Shown here in pieces: positions 28,293 through 37,778 of a DNA stretch of 64,000 bases. The stretch comes from Polyangiaceae bacterium. GTDB lineage: Bacteria; Myxococcota_A; Polyangia; Polyangiales; Polyangiaceae. Made by a program: the position numbers and the translations under genes. The stretch covers positions 160,001 to 224,000 of the forward strand of contig JANRKO010000019.1 in assembly GCA_033763455.1 (NCBI GenBank). Reading direction: 5' to 3'. Every line of letters begins with the position of its first letter. Positions within the stretch are counted from its first letter, which is position 1. Below the pieces are notes generated by a model, which saw only the letters and a list, made by a program, of their open reading frames with translations, was not told where the DNA came from and searched no databases.

Positions 28293-28795
28293 GGCCTCGC
28301 TGGACCAAAGGTGGTCTTCGAATCACACGTGCAACGCTGAGCACCGTGGAAGCTACGGGCAAAGAGGCCTACCTGCGCAACGAGGAAGGTTGCGGCTACC
28401 TGGAGGGGCCAGCCGGCGATGAACTGCTGGCCGACGCCGCGGTTCCCCTGGAAAATCTTGCCAATAAGTACCACCAAGCCGATCCCGTGGCGCATCCACG
28501 AACCGGGCATGATTACTTCAAGATCAATGCGCTCAAGTTCGAGAAGGCCATAGCGCAGGGCAAACAAGCCGGCAGGCCCGTGAAGGTCTTCTTCCACTCT
28601 CACCTCGACTGCGGCGCCTATTTTAGCGAAGAAGACGCGGCAAGCATGACAATGGGCGGGCAGAACGCACCTGCGCATGATTTGGCCTACTTAGTTACCG
28701 CCGTGGACGCCGGCGAAGTTACTGCCCATCGCCTATTTATCTATAACTTCGAGACGCGAAAGTTCGACGAAGCGCCGTTCAGCGTTGTTGAGTAG
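28286..28795 (+). CDS. JAB/MPN metallopeptidase (Mec-like)
   Basis: EEGCG and FFHSHLDCGAYFSEED (HxH-x7-S-x2-D). Confidence 0.88.
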   Translation: MVRPRWTKGGLRITRATLSTVEATGKEAYLRNEEGCGYLEGPAGDELLADAAVPLENLANKYHQADPVAHPRTGHDYFKINALKFEKAIAQGKQAGRPVKVFFHSHLDCGAYFSEEDAASMTMGGQNAPAHDLAYLVTAVDAGEVTAHRLFIYNFETRKFDEAPFSVVE

Positions 28796-28838
28796 CCTTA
28801 TTGTGGGCTCATGGCTGACCTGCAGCTAAGCTAACGGG

Positions 28839-30131
28839 GTGCGCTTCCCCTATCGCTTCGGCTCACTCCTGCTCGCAATCCTTGCCACGTCACGGGCTTC
28901 CCTCGCGGACGTAGTTACGGACGTCGACACGTTGTCTCAAGCGTATTCCAGGTTGGGTAGCACGGTGGAGGTTCAGAAGCCCCGCCTGCTAGAACGAACC
29001 CAGCTCTTGCCGCTCCAGTTCCTTTCGGCGCTAACCGAGACGCCCGAGGAGAGACGCTCCAACAGTTGCGCACGTGTGGTGGTATTGGCCGCAAAAACCA
29101 CCAGCTTCCTACTGCGACAGCGCGCAGGTGATCCCAGCGAAGCCCCCACCCGGCCGCTCGCAAGCGTCGCCGGGGCAGCCGAGATCGAACTGTGTGGGGC
29201 CAAAACGGAGGCCTTGGGAGCACTCGTCCTTGAGATGCGGTCGCCCCGCGGCATCGTTCAGGCGCTGCGCATCCGCTCCCCAAAGGAAAGTCCGAGCCTA
29301 AGCCACTTTTTGACACATCGGGTGCAGGGCCCTGCTGCGGCTCCGCCAACGAGCCTCGCGCGGCCCAGGTTACCCGCATTTCAAGTACGAGAAAGTCGTT
29401 TGCGGGCGAATGCGCACTCCGAACCTAAAGCGGAGGTTCAATCCCTCACGATTGAGGCTTCGCATCCAGACGGGGGAACGGTGAACGTGTTGCCCGGCTG
29501 CCACCAAATAACAGCGCTGCAGCTGGACAGCGAACCCGAAGCGGGCGTTGTGGATCTCGATCTCGAGATCTTCGAACAGGGCGACACTCAGTTGATAACC
29601 CGTGATTTCTCGGAGGATCTGGACGCCACCGCCAACTTCTGCACACCGGAACCCCAGCGACTACGACTGCGACTGCAGGGCGCCCTGCCGACCACGAAGG
29701 TGCAATGGTTCGATATAAGAACCCCGTTTCCGAGCGGGATCCCAGAAGTTTTTGGTCCCATGGGTCGTGGCAACTTGGCCTCCGCACTTCGGAGCTCCCA
29801 TGCCAGCCTCCCAGAAGGTGAGCCCGTAGCGCGTGTTCTCGGCGTACAAGGACGCACCCTCCTTCCTCTGCTAATCGAGCCAGGTGCGTGTTATCTGGCG
29901 ATTGTGGGCGCGGCTGCGGGCAATCTGCGGGCTCTCGGCTTGAGCGCTCGCACGGGGGCGATCCAAAAAGATGCACAGGGTGATCAAGACTCCCCGACAG
30001 CCACACTAGCTTTCTGTAACCAACAGTCGCGCTCTGTCCAGTTCGAGGTGATGGCACGCGGGCAGAACCTCGTGTGGGCGGGGGCCGTTTGGCTAACGGC
30101 CCGGCTTCCGATCGGGCAGGTGGCAGAATGA
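28839..30131 (+). CDS. Secreted hypothetical protein
   Basis: Signal peptide; repeated PGC(H/Y)...DLDL segments; overlaps the next gene. Confidence 0.65.
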   Translation: MRFPYRFGSLLLAILATSRASLADVVTDVDTLSQAYSRLGSTVEVQKPRLLERTQLLPLQFLSALTETPEERRSNSCARVVVLAAKTTSFLLRQRAGDPSEAPTRPLASVAGAAEIELCGAKTEALGALVLEMRSPRGIVQALRIRSPKESPSLSHFLTHRVQGPAAAPPTSLARPRLPAFQVRESRLRANAHSEPKAEVQSLTIEASHPDGGTVNVLPGCHQITALQLDSEPEAGVVDLDLEIFEQGDTQLITRDFSEDLDATANFCTPEPQRLRLRLQGALPTTKVQWFDIRTPFPSGIPEVFGPMGRGNLASALRSSHASLPEGEPVARVLGVQGRTLLPLLIEPGACYLAIVGAAAGNLRALGLSARTGAIQKDAQGDQDSPTATLAFCNQQSRSVQFEVMARGQNLVWAGAVWLTARLPIGQVAE

Positions 30132-31804
30132 GGGCCACTCCTTTCCTTTTTTTGGGGATTGCGTTCGCGTGCGCTCGACCTGCCCCTCAAGCGCCGGAAG
30201 TGGGCGCACCTCGTGCGCCGGTACGAGCTCCCTCTGAAAGTCCCGACAGTCGCCTCTGGTTGGGCCCGGAGCTCACTCGGGCACTTGGAGCTGGGGCGAA
30301 GCCTAGCGACGTTTTAGTGATTGAGCCCGGCGTTGCCGGAGACCGGATACAGGCAACGCACCAGGTGCCTGAGCATGAATGCGCTCTGTTCGTTGCACGC
30401 ACCTCCCCGAATGTGGGCGACGTCGATCTCTTCCTTTTCGGCGAAGACGGCACACTGCTCGGTAGTGATGAATCTCCAGAGAGATCACCAGCCCTCCTTA
30501 TTTGCCCACCGCACCCGCGACACGTGTACGCAGTAGCGCGTATCGCGGCTGGCGATGGCTTCGTTGCCATCATCGCGCAGGCCGTTGACCCGACTTTGAA
30601 CGCTCCGGTCAAAGAAGTACTCACACAGCAGCTCTTGGCTTCGCAAGAACAACTCGCCACCGGGAAGTGGGCCGCACTCGATGGACAAATAGAAGCCCAT
30701 CGTCGACGGATCGGCGGAAGCTGGCGGGAGCTGCGCCGCATGGCCTTGCCCCTGGAACCGGGTACGCCCACGAAAGTGACTGCCGAAGTCCCGCGCGATG
30801 GTTGTTTGGATGTATTGGCCGTTCCCTCCGAAGATGTGGCCTATCTGGAGCTCACCATCCAAGATGCCGACGGGCGTTACGTGGCGCGCGGCGAAACGCG
30901 TGACTCTGACCGCAGTGCCGTTCTTTGCTCCAGAGAACAAGCCAGCGTCACAATAGCCGTACAACCTCACGTGGGGCGTGGCCTGGGGGCGCTCATCATC
31001 GCCGATTCGGGGCCGGGCACCGTAACAGCCCTGGCGCCTGGAGTGGTCCCCACGCAGCTCTTTCCCCGCGGGATGTTGAGCCAAACACAAGTTGCTCTGG
31101 AACAGTCGCTGAACGCGCTCGATTACCCGAAGCCGGTGTGGCAGCAAGGCGGTGCGCTACGTGTCGGCGAAAGAAAAAGCTTCCCCATCACGCTCGGAAC
31201 GGGGTGCTACCGGATCGATCTATTGAGTCAAGCTCCGGTGCAACAGCTGGCCGCGTGGGTTTGGGACTCTCAAGGGGGACTAATCATTGAGGACACCCGA
31301 ATAGGCCAACTCAATCTATTTGCCTGCACGAAAACGCCAAACGCACGGTTGGACGTAGAGAGCCTGACGCGAGCGGGGAGCTTTGTTGCCCAGGTCCGGC
31401 CGGTGAAAGTGCCTGCGCTTCTGCTCCAACATCCACTCGCGGGTTCTCGCCTCCTTGGGGATCTTGTGGAGCGAGGGCGACTTCAGGCACCAGCCGCGTT
31501 GCCCAAGCCGGAGGTCGTGCCGGTGAGTGCCACTCGACTAGCCCAACTCGAAATCACGATCCCTGCCGGCAATTGCGCTGACGTCAGTGCGGCTCTCGGG
31601 CCTGGAGCACTCGGCCTGGATCTTCGACTTTTAGATTCAGCGACCGGTGCCCAGCTTCAACTCGTGCGAGTGCCCTGGGTCGGAGGCGGTATTGCTTGCG
31701 CTCCAAAAGGCTCGATTCCACTCGCGGTGAAAGTAGAAATGCGTGTAACGGCTGGGGCTAGCGAAGCTCTCCTCGTCTCCACGTTCTTTTCTCCCCACCT
31801 CTGA
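30128..31804 (+). CDS. Hypothetical lipoprotein with repeated beta-rich domains
   Basis: IAFAC lipobox; several C...D(V/L)DL.L...G units. Confidence 0.7.
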   Translation: MRATPFLFLGIAFACARPAPQAPEVGAPRAPVRAPSESPDSRLWLGPELTRALGAGAKPSDVLVIEPGVAGDRIQATHQVPEHECALFVARTSPNVGDVDLFLFGEDGTLLGSDESPERSPALLICPPHPRHVYAVARIAAGDGFVAIIAQAVDPTLNAPVKEVLTQQLLASQEQLATGKWAALDGQIEAHRRRIGGSWRELRRMALPLEPGTPTKVTAEVPRDGCLDVLAVPSEDVAYLELTIQDADGRYVARGETRDSDRSAVLCSREQASVTIAVQPHVGRGLGALIIADSGPGTVTALAPGVVPTQLFPRGMLSQTQVALEQSLNALDYPKPVWQQGGALRVGERKSFPITLGTGCYRIDLLSQAPVQQLAAWVWDSQGGLIIEDTRIGQLNLFACTKTPNARLDVESLTRAGSFVAQVRPVKVPALLLQHPLAGSRLLGDLVERGRLQAPAALPKPEVVPVSATRLAQLEITIPAGNCADVSAALGPGALGLDLRLLDSATGAQLQLVRVPWVGGGIACAPKGSIPLAVKVEMRVTAGASEALLVSTFFSPHL

Positions 31805-31941
31805 GATTTCTACCCGCGTAGAACACCCACGCAGCAGCCTTCTCGAAGATCTCACCCCCACAAAACACCTCAGCAGGTGCCTCTGCAGCAGCCCGTTGTG
31901 GGCGACCGAGCGACACCTGCTGAGGATCCCAACGGCAATAA

Positions 31942-32220
31942 TTACATTGCTGCGGGAGCTGCAGGCGCTGCAGCGCGACGACCGCGCTTCTTCGCCTTCT
32001 TGCGGCCAGCTTTCTTGGCCGGGCGAGCTGCCGCGGCTTTCTTGGCGCGCTTTTTACCAGCCTTCTTGCGGCCAGCTTTCTTGGCAGCCTTTTTACGGCC
32101 GCCTTTCTTAGCAGCTTTCTTTGAAGCCTTCTTGCGTCGGCTCTTTTTTGCGGGTGCTGCTGCTACTTCAGTGGAAGCTGCAGCTTTTTTTGAACTCTTC
32201 TTTTTCCGTCTTGCGGCCAT
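31942..32220 (-). CDS. Histone-like Lys/Ala-rich protein
   Basis: KKAA/KKAGRKK repeats; SD GGAGG before MAARRKKK; TTGACA upstream (32298-32303, minus strand). Confidence 0.8.
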   Translation of the reverse strand: MAARRKKKSSKKAAASTEVAAAPAKKSRRKKASKKAAKKGGRKKAAKKAGRKKAGKKRAKKAAAARPAKKAGRKKAKKRGRRAAAPAAPAAM

Positions 32221-33177
32221 GTAACCCTCCAAGGTGTCGGTGGAATGTGAACCACCGTATGGCAATGCAGTAACATATATTGCCATCTATGGTTCCCTGT
32301 CAACAATATTTTTTCCTGTGATGCGTTTTTTCCTTGCCACGGTGGCTAAGATCTCACCGCGCCCTGAGAAGCTGCAGATCGCGTCAGCCCCCAGATTTTG
32401 CGGCAAATACGCCAAATTTTGACGCAGCTCACCTCTCCCCTGGAGCCGCCCGCCGGATGCCCTTTGCGCGCCTCGGGTGAGAGATTTTTTTTCTGACCCC
32501 ACCCAGAGCTTCACGCGCTGAGCATTAAGCGACCAGCGGGTACCGATGTCATTGCTACTCGTGGAGCGTCGACGTTCGATAGCGGCTGCGATGATCACTG
32601 TGGGTCTCGAATGCCGGTGGTGCTCACGCGAAATTGCCTGATGCGCCGGCACCTCAGCTAACGCACACCCGACAGAGCGCTTAAGTGCAGTTGCACTGAG
32701 ACCTGTGCGAGTGCCTCGGGGTGGCTCTCTGTTGCTTCGAAAAGTTAGACGCAAGCCTTGAGCGAACTCGCCGAACAAGCGCCCAAAACAGCGCTCGTGC
32801 ACGCGCCATCTTCCCCTACAAAATGCAGTATTTGCTGCACATTCACCACCAAAGGTGGAGCCGGGAACTTGTGCAGATGCGAGCGCAGTGTCGGCGCCGC
32901 ATGGGTCCGTGAGGTGCTGAAGCAGCTTTAAATCTTTCTGCGAATGGCCCCCAAGGCCACAGCGTTTCAAAATTAGACCCGACGATGCGCACCTAAGTCA
33001 ATTCTTTTGTGCCGTCGGTGAAGGCGTGTGCAATGCGTTTGGCCCCTGCCCTCCCACGATGTGCGCTTGCAACGTGGCCCCGCTGAACCGCGGCCCGAGC
33101 GCCAGCGCCACAACTTGTACGCCGTTATCAAGGCCGTGCTTGACCCCTTTCGTCCTTTTCTGGATGGTCTGTTCGGC

Positions 33178-35262
33178 ATGGCAACAGGGCTCAACTCCGA
33201 GCAGCATTCAGCAGTTAAAACACTCAGTGGCCCCCTTTTGGTGCTTGCGGGTGCGGGTACCGGCAAGACGCGCGTCATCACGTACCGCATTGCCGAACTG
33301 ATTCAGAGTGGCGTCACGCCGAGCAGGATCCTGGCACTCACGTTCACGAACAAGGCTGCCAAAGAAATGCGGGAGCGAGCACTGGCGCTGCTCGGGAAGC
33401 GTCCCAAGACGGTGCAGCCTCCCGAGATTTCAACGTTTCATTCCTTGTGTGTGCGCATCTTGCGTCGGCATATCACCCGCCTTGGGTACCCCAAGGAGTT
33501 CGTTATCTATGACCGAGGTGACCAAGAAGCCCTCGCACGCAACGCCCTCCGAGACATTCGCGTAGGCCAAGAGAAGCTGCGCCCAGGTGATCTGATCACC
33601 AAGATCAGCGGTTGGAAGACGCTATCCATCGGCCCAGAGCAGGCCGTGGACGTGGCCAAGGAGGATAAGGATCAGCTCGCCGCCGCGGCGTACGTCCGGT
33701 ACCAGGCCGCACTCAAGTCATCCGGGGCGCTCGATTTTGATGACCTGCTGATGCTCACCGAAGAGCTACTCGTAAAGTTCCCAGAGGTGCGGTTTGCTGA
33801 GTCCACTCGCCATGATCATGTCCTCATCGACGAATATCAGGACACCAACGGGCTCCAGTACCGGATCGTGCGGCACTTAGCGCAAGGGCATGGGAATCTA
33901 TGTGTGGTGGGGGATGATGATCAGTCCATTTACGGCTGGCGTGGGGCCGAAGTGACTCACATTCTGAACTTCTCCCGTCACTGGCCAAAAGCCAAAGTTG
34001 TGCGTTTACAGCAAAATTACCGCAGCAAAGCGAGCATTTTGGAGCTCGCCAACACGCTCATCGTTAACAACAAGACCCGCCACGACAAGAAGCTTTACGC
34101 GGAGCGTGAAGGTGGAGCGAGCCCTCGCTTCATCCGCTTCGAGGACGAAACCAAAGAGGCCGAGGAGATCGTGAAAGACGTGAGAGAGCAGCTCACGCCC
34201 TCGAGCGATAAGCCACGCGTCCACCCGGGCGACATCGCCATTCTCTTCCGGACCAATGAACAGCCACGAGTCTTCGAGCTGGAGCTTCGCCGAGCCAAGA
34301 TCCCATACGTGATTGTTGGAGGGCTTTCCTTTTTTGATCGCAAGGAAGTGCGCGATATTATGGCGTATTTGCGGGTGCTGGCGAACCCGAAGGACGAGCT
34401 GTCCTTGTTGCGTATTTTAAATACTCCCCCACGTGGCATCGGTACGGGCAGCATCGAGACGCTCCTTGAACATGCGGTCGAAAAAGGCGTCCCACTTTGG
34501 AACGTCTTGGCCGGAAGCCTGAGCCACCCGGACATCGGCCACCACACTGCCGAGCGCATTCTGCAATTTCAGAACCTCCTGGTTTCCTTCCAGGCTCGGC
34601 TCGGTGAGGGCTCCTTGGCCGACCTTGCTAAGGACTTGCTGACAGCTGTGGACTACAAGGCCGAGCTTGACCGCACCTACAAGACGGCCAGCGAGATCGA
34701 GGCGCGCACCAATTCGCTGGAGGAGCTGGTGAACTCCCTCGCCCAATACGAACAGCAGGCCGAAAACCCCTCACTCCTAGGCTTTCTGGAAGAGGCCACC
34801 CTCACCACGAAGGAAGATCAAAAGGACGACGACAAGAAGCAGAAGAACGCCCTCACGCTGATGACGCTTCACAGTGCCAAGGGGTTGGAATTCCCTCACG
34901 TGTACCTCGTCGGTGTCGAAGAGGGCATCATGCCGCACCGTCGCTCGCTGCTAGATGGAACGGTCGAAGAGGAACGTCGGCTTTGCTACGTCGGCGTTAC
35001 CCGTGCCCAGGATCATTTGACCATTAGCTTCTGTAAGCAGCGTATGAAGTGGGGCAAAGAGCGGCCCTGCATTCCCAGCCGCTTCATCTTAGAGATGCGC
35101 GGGGAGAACGAGAAAGCCGAAAAAGTGGCTCAAGCGGCACTTGAGCTTTTCACCAAGGAAAAGCTTGAGGAAGAAGCCCGTAAGGCCCCGAAAAAGGTCA
35201 GTAAAAAGGTTTCTGCGAAATCAGCAACGCCGGCTCAACCCCGCTCTAAAACGAAAGCGTGA
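33178..35262 (+). CDS. UvrD/Rep family DNA helicase
   Basis: LAGAGTGKT, TFTNKAA, DEYQD, VGDDDQSIY, QNYRS, TLHSAKGLEF, EERRLCYVGVTRA. Confidence 0.95.
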   Translation: MATGLNSEQHSAVKTLSGPLLVLAGAGTGKTRVITYRIAELIQSGVTPSRILALTFTNKAAKEMRERALALLGKRPKTVQPPEISTFHSLCVRILRRHITRLGYPKEFVIYDRGDQEALARNALRDIRVGQEKLRPGDLITKISGWKTLSIGPEQAVDVAKEDKDQLAAAAYVRYQAALKSSGALDFDDLLMLTEELLVKFPEVRFAESTRHDHVLIDEYQDTNGLQYRIVRHLAQGHGNLCVVGDDDQSIYGWRGAEVTHILNFSRHWPKAKVVRLQQNYRSKASILELANTLIVNNKTRHDKKLYAEREGGASPRFIRFEDETKEAEEIVKDVREQLTPSSDKPRVHPGDIAILFRTNEQPRVFELELRRAKIPYVIVGGLSFFDRKEVRDIMAYLRVLANPKDELSLLRILNTPPRGIGTGSIETLLEHAVEKGVPLWNVLAGSLSHPDIGHHTAERILQFQNLLVSFQARLGEGSLADLAKDLLTAVDYKAELDRTYKTASEIEARTNSLEELVNSLAQYEQQAENPSLLGFLEEATLTTKEDQKDDDKKQKNALTLMTLHSAKGLEFPHVYLVGVEEGIMPHRRSLLDGTVEEERRLCYVGVTRAQDHLTISFCKQRMKWGKERPCIPSRFILEMRGENEKAEKVAQAALELFTKEKLEEEARKAPKKVSKKVSAKSATPAQPRSKTKA

Positions 35263-36313
35263 CCCAGCGCCCACGGTCCGGCGAGCCTCGACAGATCGAT
35301 AACGTCAACGCCTCTGGGATGCCTACGAAACAAGCATTGGTGGACGTCCCTTGGTCGTCTTCGGCGTAGCGGTTGATGCTGTCGACCCCATCGCTGCGAT
35401 CTGAGAATAGGGCACGGATGCTTTCGACGTTGTGCCCTCCCGTACTCAGGACGGCCTTCAAACGTTCCAGCCGCTTCACACTGGAGTTGGAAGCGGCCTC
35501 CCCCTCAAGAGCTCGAAGCGTCGGGCTCAGACAATGGTTGGTGCGAGCGATCGGTTCGGTGCCTAACGTGCGCTCGACGCATGCGGTCGCGCTGCATTCA
35601 AATTCCTGGGCACCGTAGCGGTCGGCCAGAAAATAAGTGTGGCCCCCTGCGCGCGGGGCACGGCGAACGAAGTCTGCTGCTTGTTCTCGCGTGCGGCTCG
35701 TGAGCGCACGATGAAGGATACTTAAGTATCCGACCCCCACCCGCGAGCCGTGGGTCTTGATGTTCGTCGTGCCAACGGTGAGGCCGTGTTCGTTCATCCC
35801 CACAAGAGAGAGCGCGCCAGCGCAGGTGACCGACCAAGTACGCGGACCATCGGTCGGGATCCGGTGAATCGCCACCACGTAGTCCAGATCCGTTGGATTA
35901 AGATCCCAAGTTTGCGCCGCGATCACTTTCCTATCTCGGCTGAGGTTCTCCGGAACCAACGCCACCGAACACCCTTCGCTGTCGGAGCGCTTACCAAGGA
36001 GCAATACGTCTCTCACGTCAGTCATGTTGGTGGCGGCGTAGAGGTGCCCTGGATCCACGCGCGCGGCTTCCGCAATGGCAACGTGTTCGGCGTAGCCTTC
36101 GGAGTGAAAAGCAAGGCTTGCCTCCAGGCATTGCGCTCCCACAGCCAAGAGATCCTTCACGGTGTACGGGCCTCGCTCCCCAAGATACGCGGCGGCGGCA
36201 TCTAACCGTTGCGCAACAAACCCCTGTATCTTTTCACGAAGGGCTTCGCCTTGAGTTAGCCCCAGTTCTCGCGGCGTGCCGCGACATTCCAAACGCGTAA
36301 GTTCAAGTTCCAT
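35246..36313 (-). CDS. C45 family autoproteolytic acyltransferase/peptidase
   Basis: EG|CS autocleavage site, AQTWD, GMNEHGL, RTNH. Confidence 0.85.
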   Translation of the reverse strand: MELELTRLECRGTPRELGLTQGEALREKIQGFVAQRLDAAAAYLGERGPYTVKDLLAVGAQCLEASLAFHSEGYAEHVAIAEAARVDPGHLYAATNMTDVRDVLLLGKRSDSEGCSVALVPENLSRDRKVIAAQTWDLNPTDLDYVVAIHRIPTDGPRTWSVTCAGALSLVGMNEHGLTVGTTNIKTHGSRVGVGYLSILHRALTSRTREQAADFVRRAPRAGGHTYFLADRYGAQEFECSATACVERTLGTEPIARTNHCLSPTLRALEGEAASNSSVKRLERLKAVLSTGGHNVESIRALFSDRSDGVDSINRYAEDDQGTSTNACFVGIPEALTLSICRGSPDRGRWVTLSF

Positions 36314-36324
36314 TGCCCGCGAGC

Positions 36325-36963
36325 TTAGCTCTCGAGGTCTCGAAGCTCACCGTCCAAACGTGCATCGAGTGCGGCGTTCGCGGTTTCCTTGTCCTTCGAC
36401 GTTTCCGCGCTTGCTGATGCCCCACTCGGACTCGGCTCGGCTGACCTGGCAATCGCTGCGGCCCGCCACTTTCGGAGCTTCAGGCCGGCCCCAACCCCCG
36501 CCAGACCGATCAACACGGTGAGGCCCACCGCGAAACCTCGAAGCGGGCTATGGGGCTGAACCGCAAGGATCTTCGAACCATATCGTTCCACCATTGCTGA
36601 GCGGATCGCATCGACGCTTTCTCCGGCGGTGAGCCTTCGCCGGATTTCCCTGCGGAGATCTGAAACGATGGGTGAGTTGTGTATATCCATGGTTTGGTTC
36701 CAGCAGCAGGGAGCTATGAGCTCGCCCTCCAACCGATGTTGACCCGGGAGATATTTCTCCTGCTCCGCCGCCGACGCTGGGGGCGAAACTGGCTCGCCGC
36801 CACCGGCGACCGCCGGAAGGCTCGCCAGCACACTTGCGCCAAGCCAAGGAACGCACCAAACGAACTGTGTAAGCCGACGGTTCACCACGCAGGTGCCACT
36901 CTGCCACGGGCGGGGAAAGCTCGCATCCAGTGTTTTGGCGCGCTTGACCGCTCCTCGGCCCAA
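36325..36963 (-). CDS. ccmH: Cytochrome c biogenesis protein CcmH (start uncertain)
   Basis: LIAPCCWNQT, LRREIRRRL..G, MVERYG..IL, followed by a TM helix. Confidence 0.8.
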   Translation of the reverse strand: MGRGAVKRAKTLDASFPRPWQSGTCVVNRRLTQFVWCVPWLGASVLASLPAVAGGGEPVSPPASAAEQEKYLPGQHRLEGELIAPCCWNQTMDIHNSPIVSDLRREIRRRLTAGESVDAIRSAMVERYGSKILAVQPHSPLRGFAVGLTVLIGLAGVGAGLKLRKWRAAAIARSAEPSPSGASASAETSKDKETANAALDARLDGELRDLES

Positions 36964-37046
36964 GGCCTAGGGTGGCCACCGAATTGGGCGTTTTTCAGCG
37001 CCGTTTCAACTTCGCGGCCTGCCCCAATCCCGAAAACCCACGTTTT

Positions 37047-37778
37047 ATGAGTTCGTCCCCAACCCCCACCGCTCTGGCTCGCCGCGATGGCTCAGGAGCG
37101 ATGTTCGACGGAATTGCTCCGCGCTACGACTTGCTCAACCGCCTGCTTTCTTTCGGGCTCGATCAACGTTGGCGCAAAATGGCCATCCATCGCCTGAGGC
37201 TCAAGCCTCAAGCAGAAGTGCTCGACCTCGCAACCGGCACGGGCGACGTGGCCATCGCTGCCGCTCTTGCCGAACCCACAGCACGAGTCGTCGGCGTCGA
37301 TCCATCTGAGGAAATGATGGTGGTAGGCCGCCGCAAGATTTCGGCTTCGGGCCTTTCGGCTCGCGTAAGCCTCTTGCTGGGTGATGCGCAAGCGCTCACG
37401 TTCGGCGAAGCTTCCTTCGACGGCATCAGCATGGCGTTTGGCATTCGTAACGTACCGGATCGACTGCGAGCTCTTGCGGAGATGAAGCGAGTGCTGAAGC
37501 CGGGTGGGCGCGTGGTGATCCTTGAGCTTTCCGAGCCCCCCAACGGTGTGATGGGGGCCCTCGCGAAGTTCCATGTGCACGTGTTGGTACCTTGGTTGGG
37601 CGCACTAGTCTCGGGTGCGCATGAATATCGTTACCTGCAGCGCTCCATCGCCGCATTCCCGCCCGCCTCAGAGTTCGCCAAATTGATCGAGGCGGCTGGC
37701 TTGGTAGTGGAAGAGGTTCGTCCCCTCACCTTCGGCGTCGCGCATCTTTACGTTGCGGAGAACAGGGCCCCCCGGTGA
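37047..37778 (+). CDS. menG: Demethylmenaquinone methyltransferase
   Basis: MFDGIAPRYDLLN, LDLATGTGD, FGIRNV, RVLKPGG; first gene of the men cluster. Confidence 0.9.
   Translation: MSSSPTPTALARRDGSGAMFDGIAPRYDLLNRLLSFGLDQRWRKMAIHRLRLKPQAEVLDLATGTGDVAIAAALAEPTARVVGVDPSEEMMVVGRRKISASGLSARVSLLLGDAQALTFGEASFDGISMAFGIRNVPDRLRALAEMKRVLKPGGRVVILELSEPPNGVMGALAKFHVHVLVPWLGALVSGAHEYRYLQRSIAAFPPASEFAKLIEAAGLVVEEVRPLTFGVAHLYVAENRAPR

Noticed and set aside
32287..32970. 227-aa minus-strand ORF
   Set aside because: Arg/Ser-rich without motifs and overlaps the promoter of the histone-like gene; probably spurious
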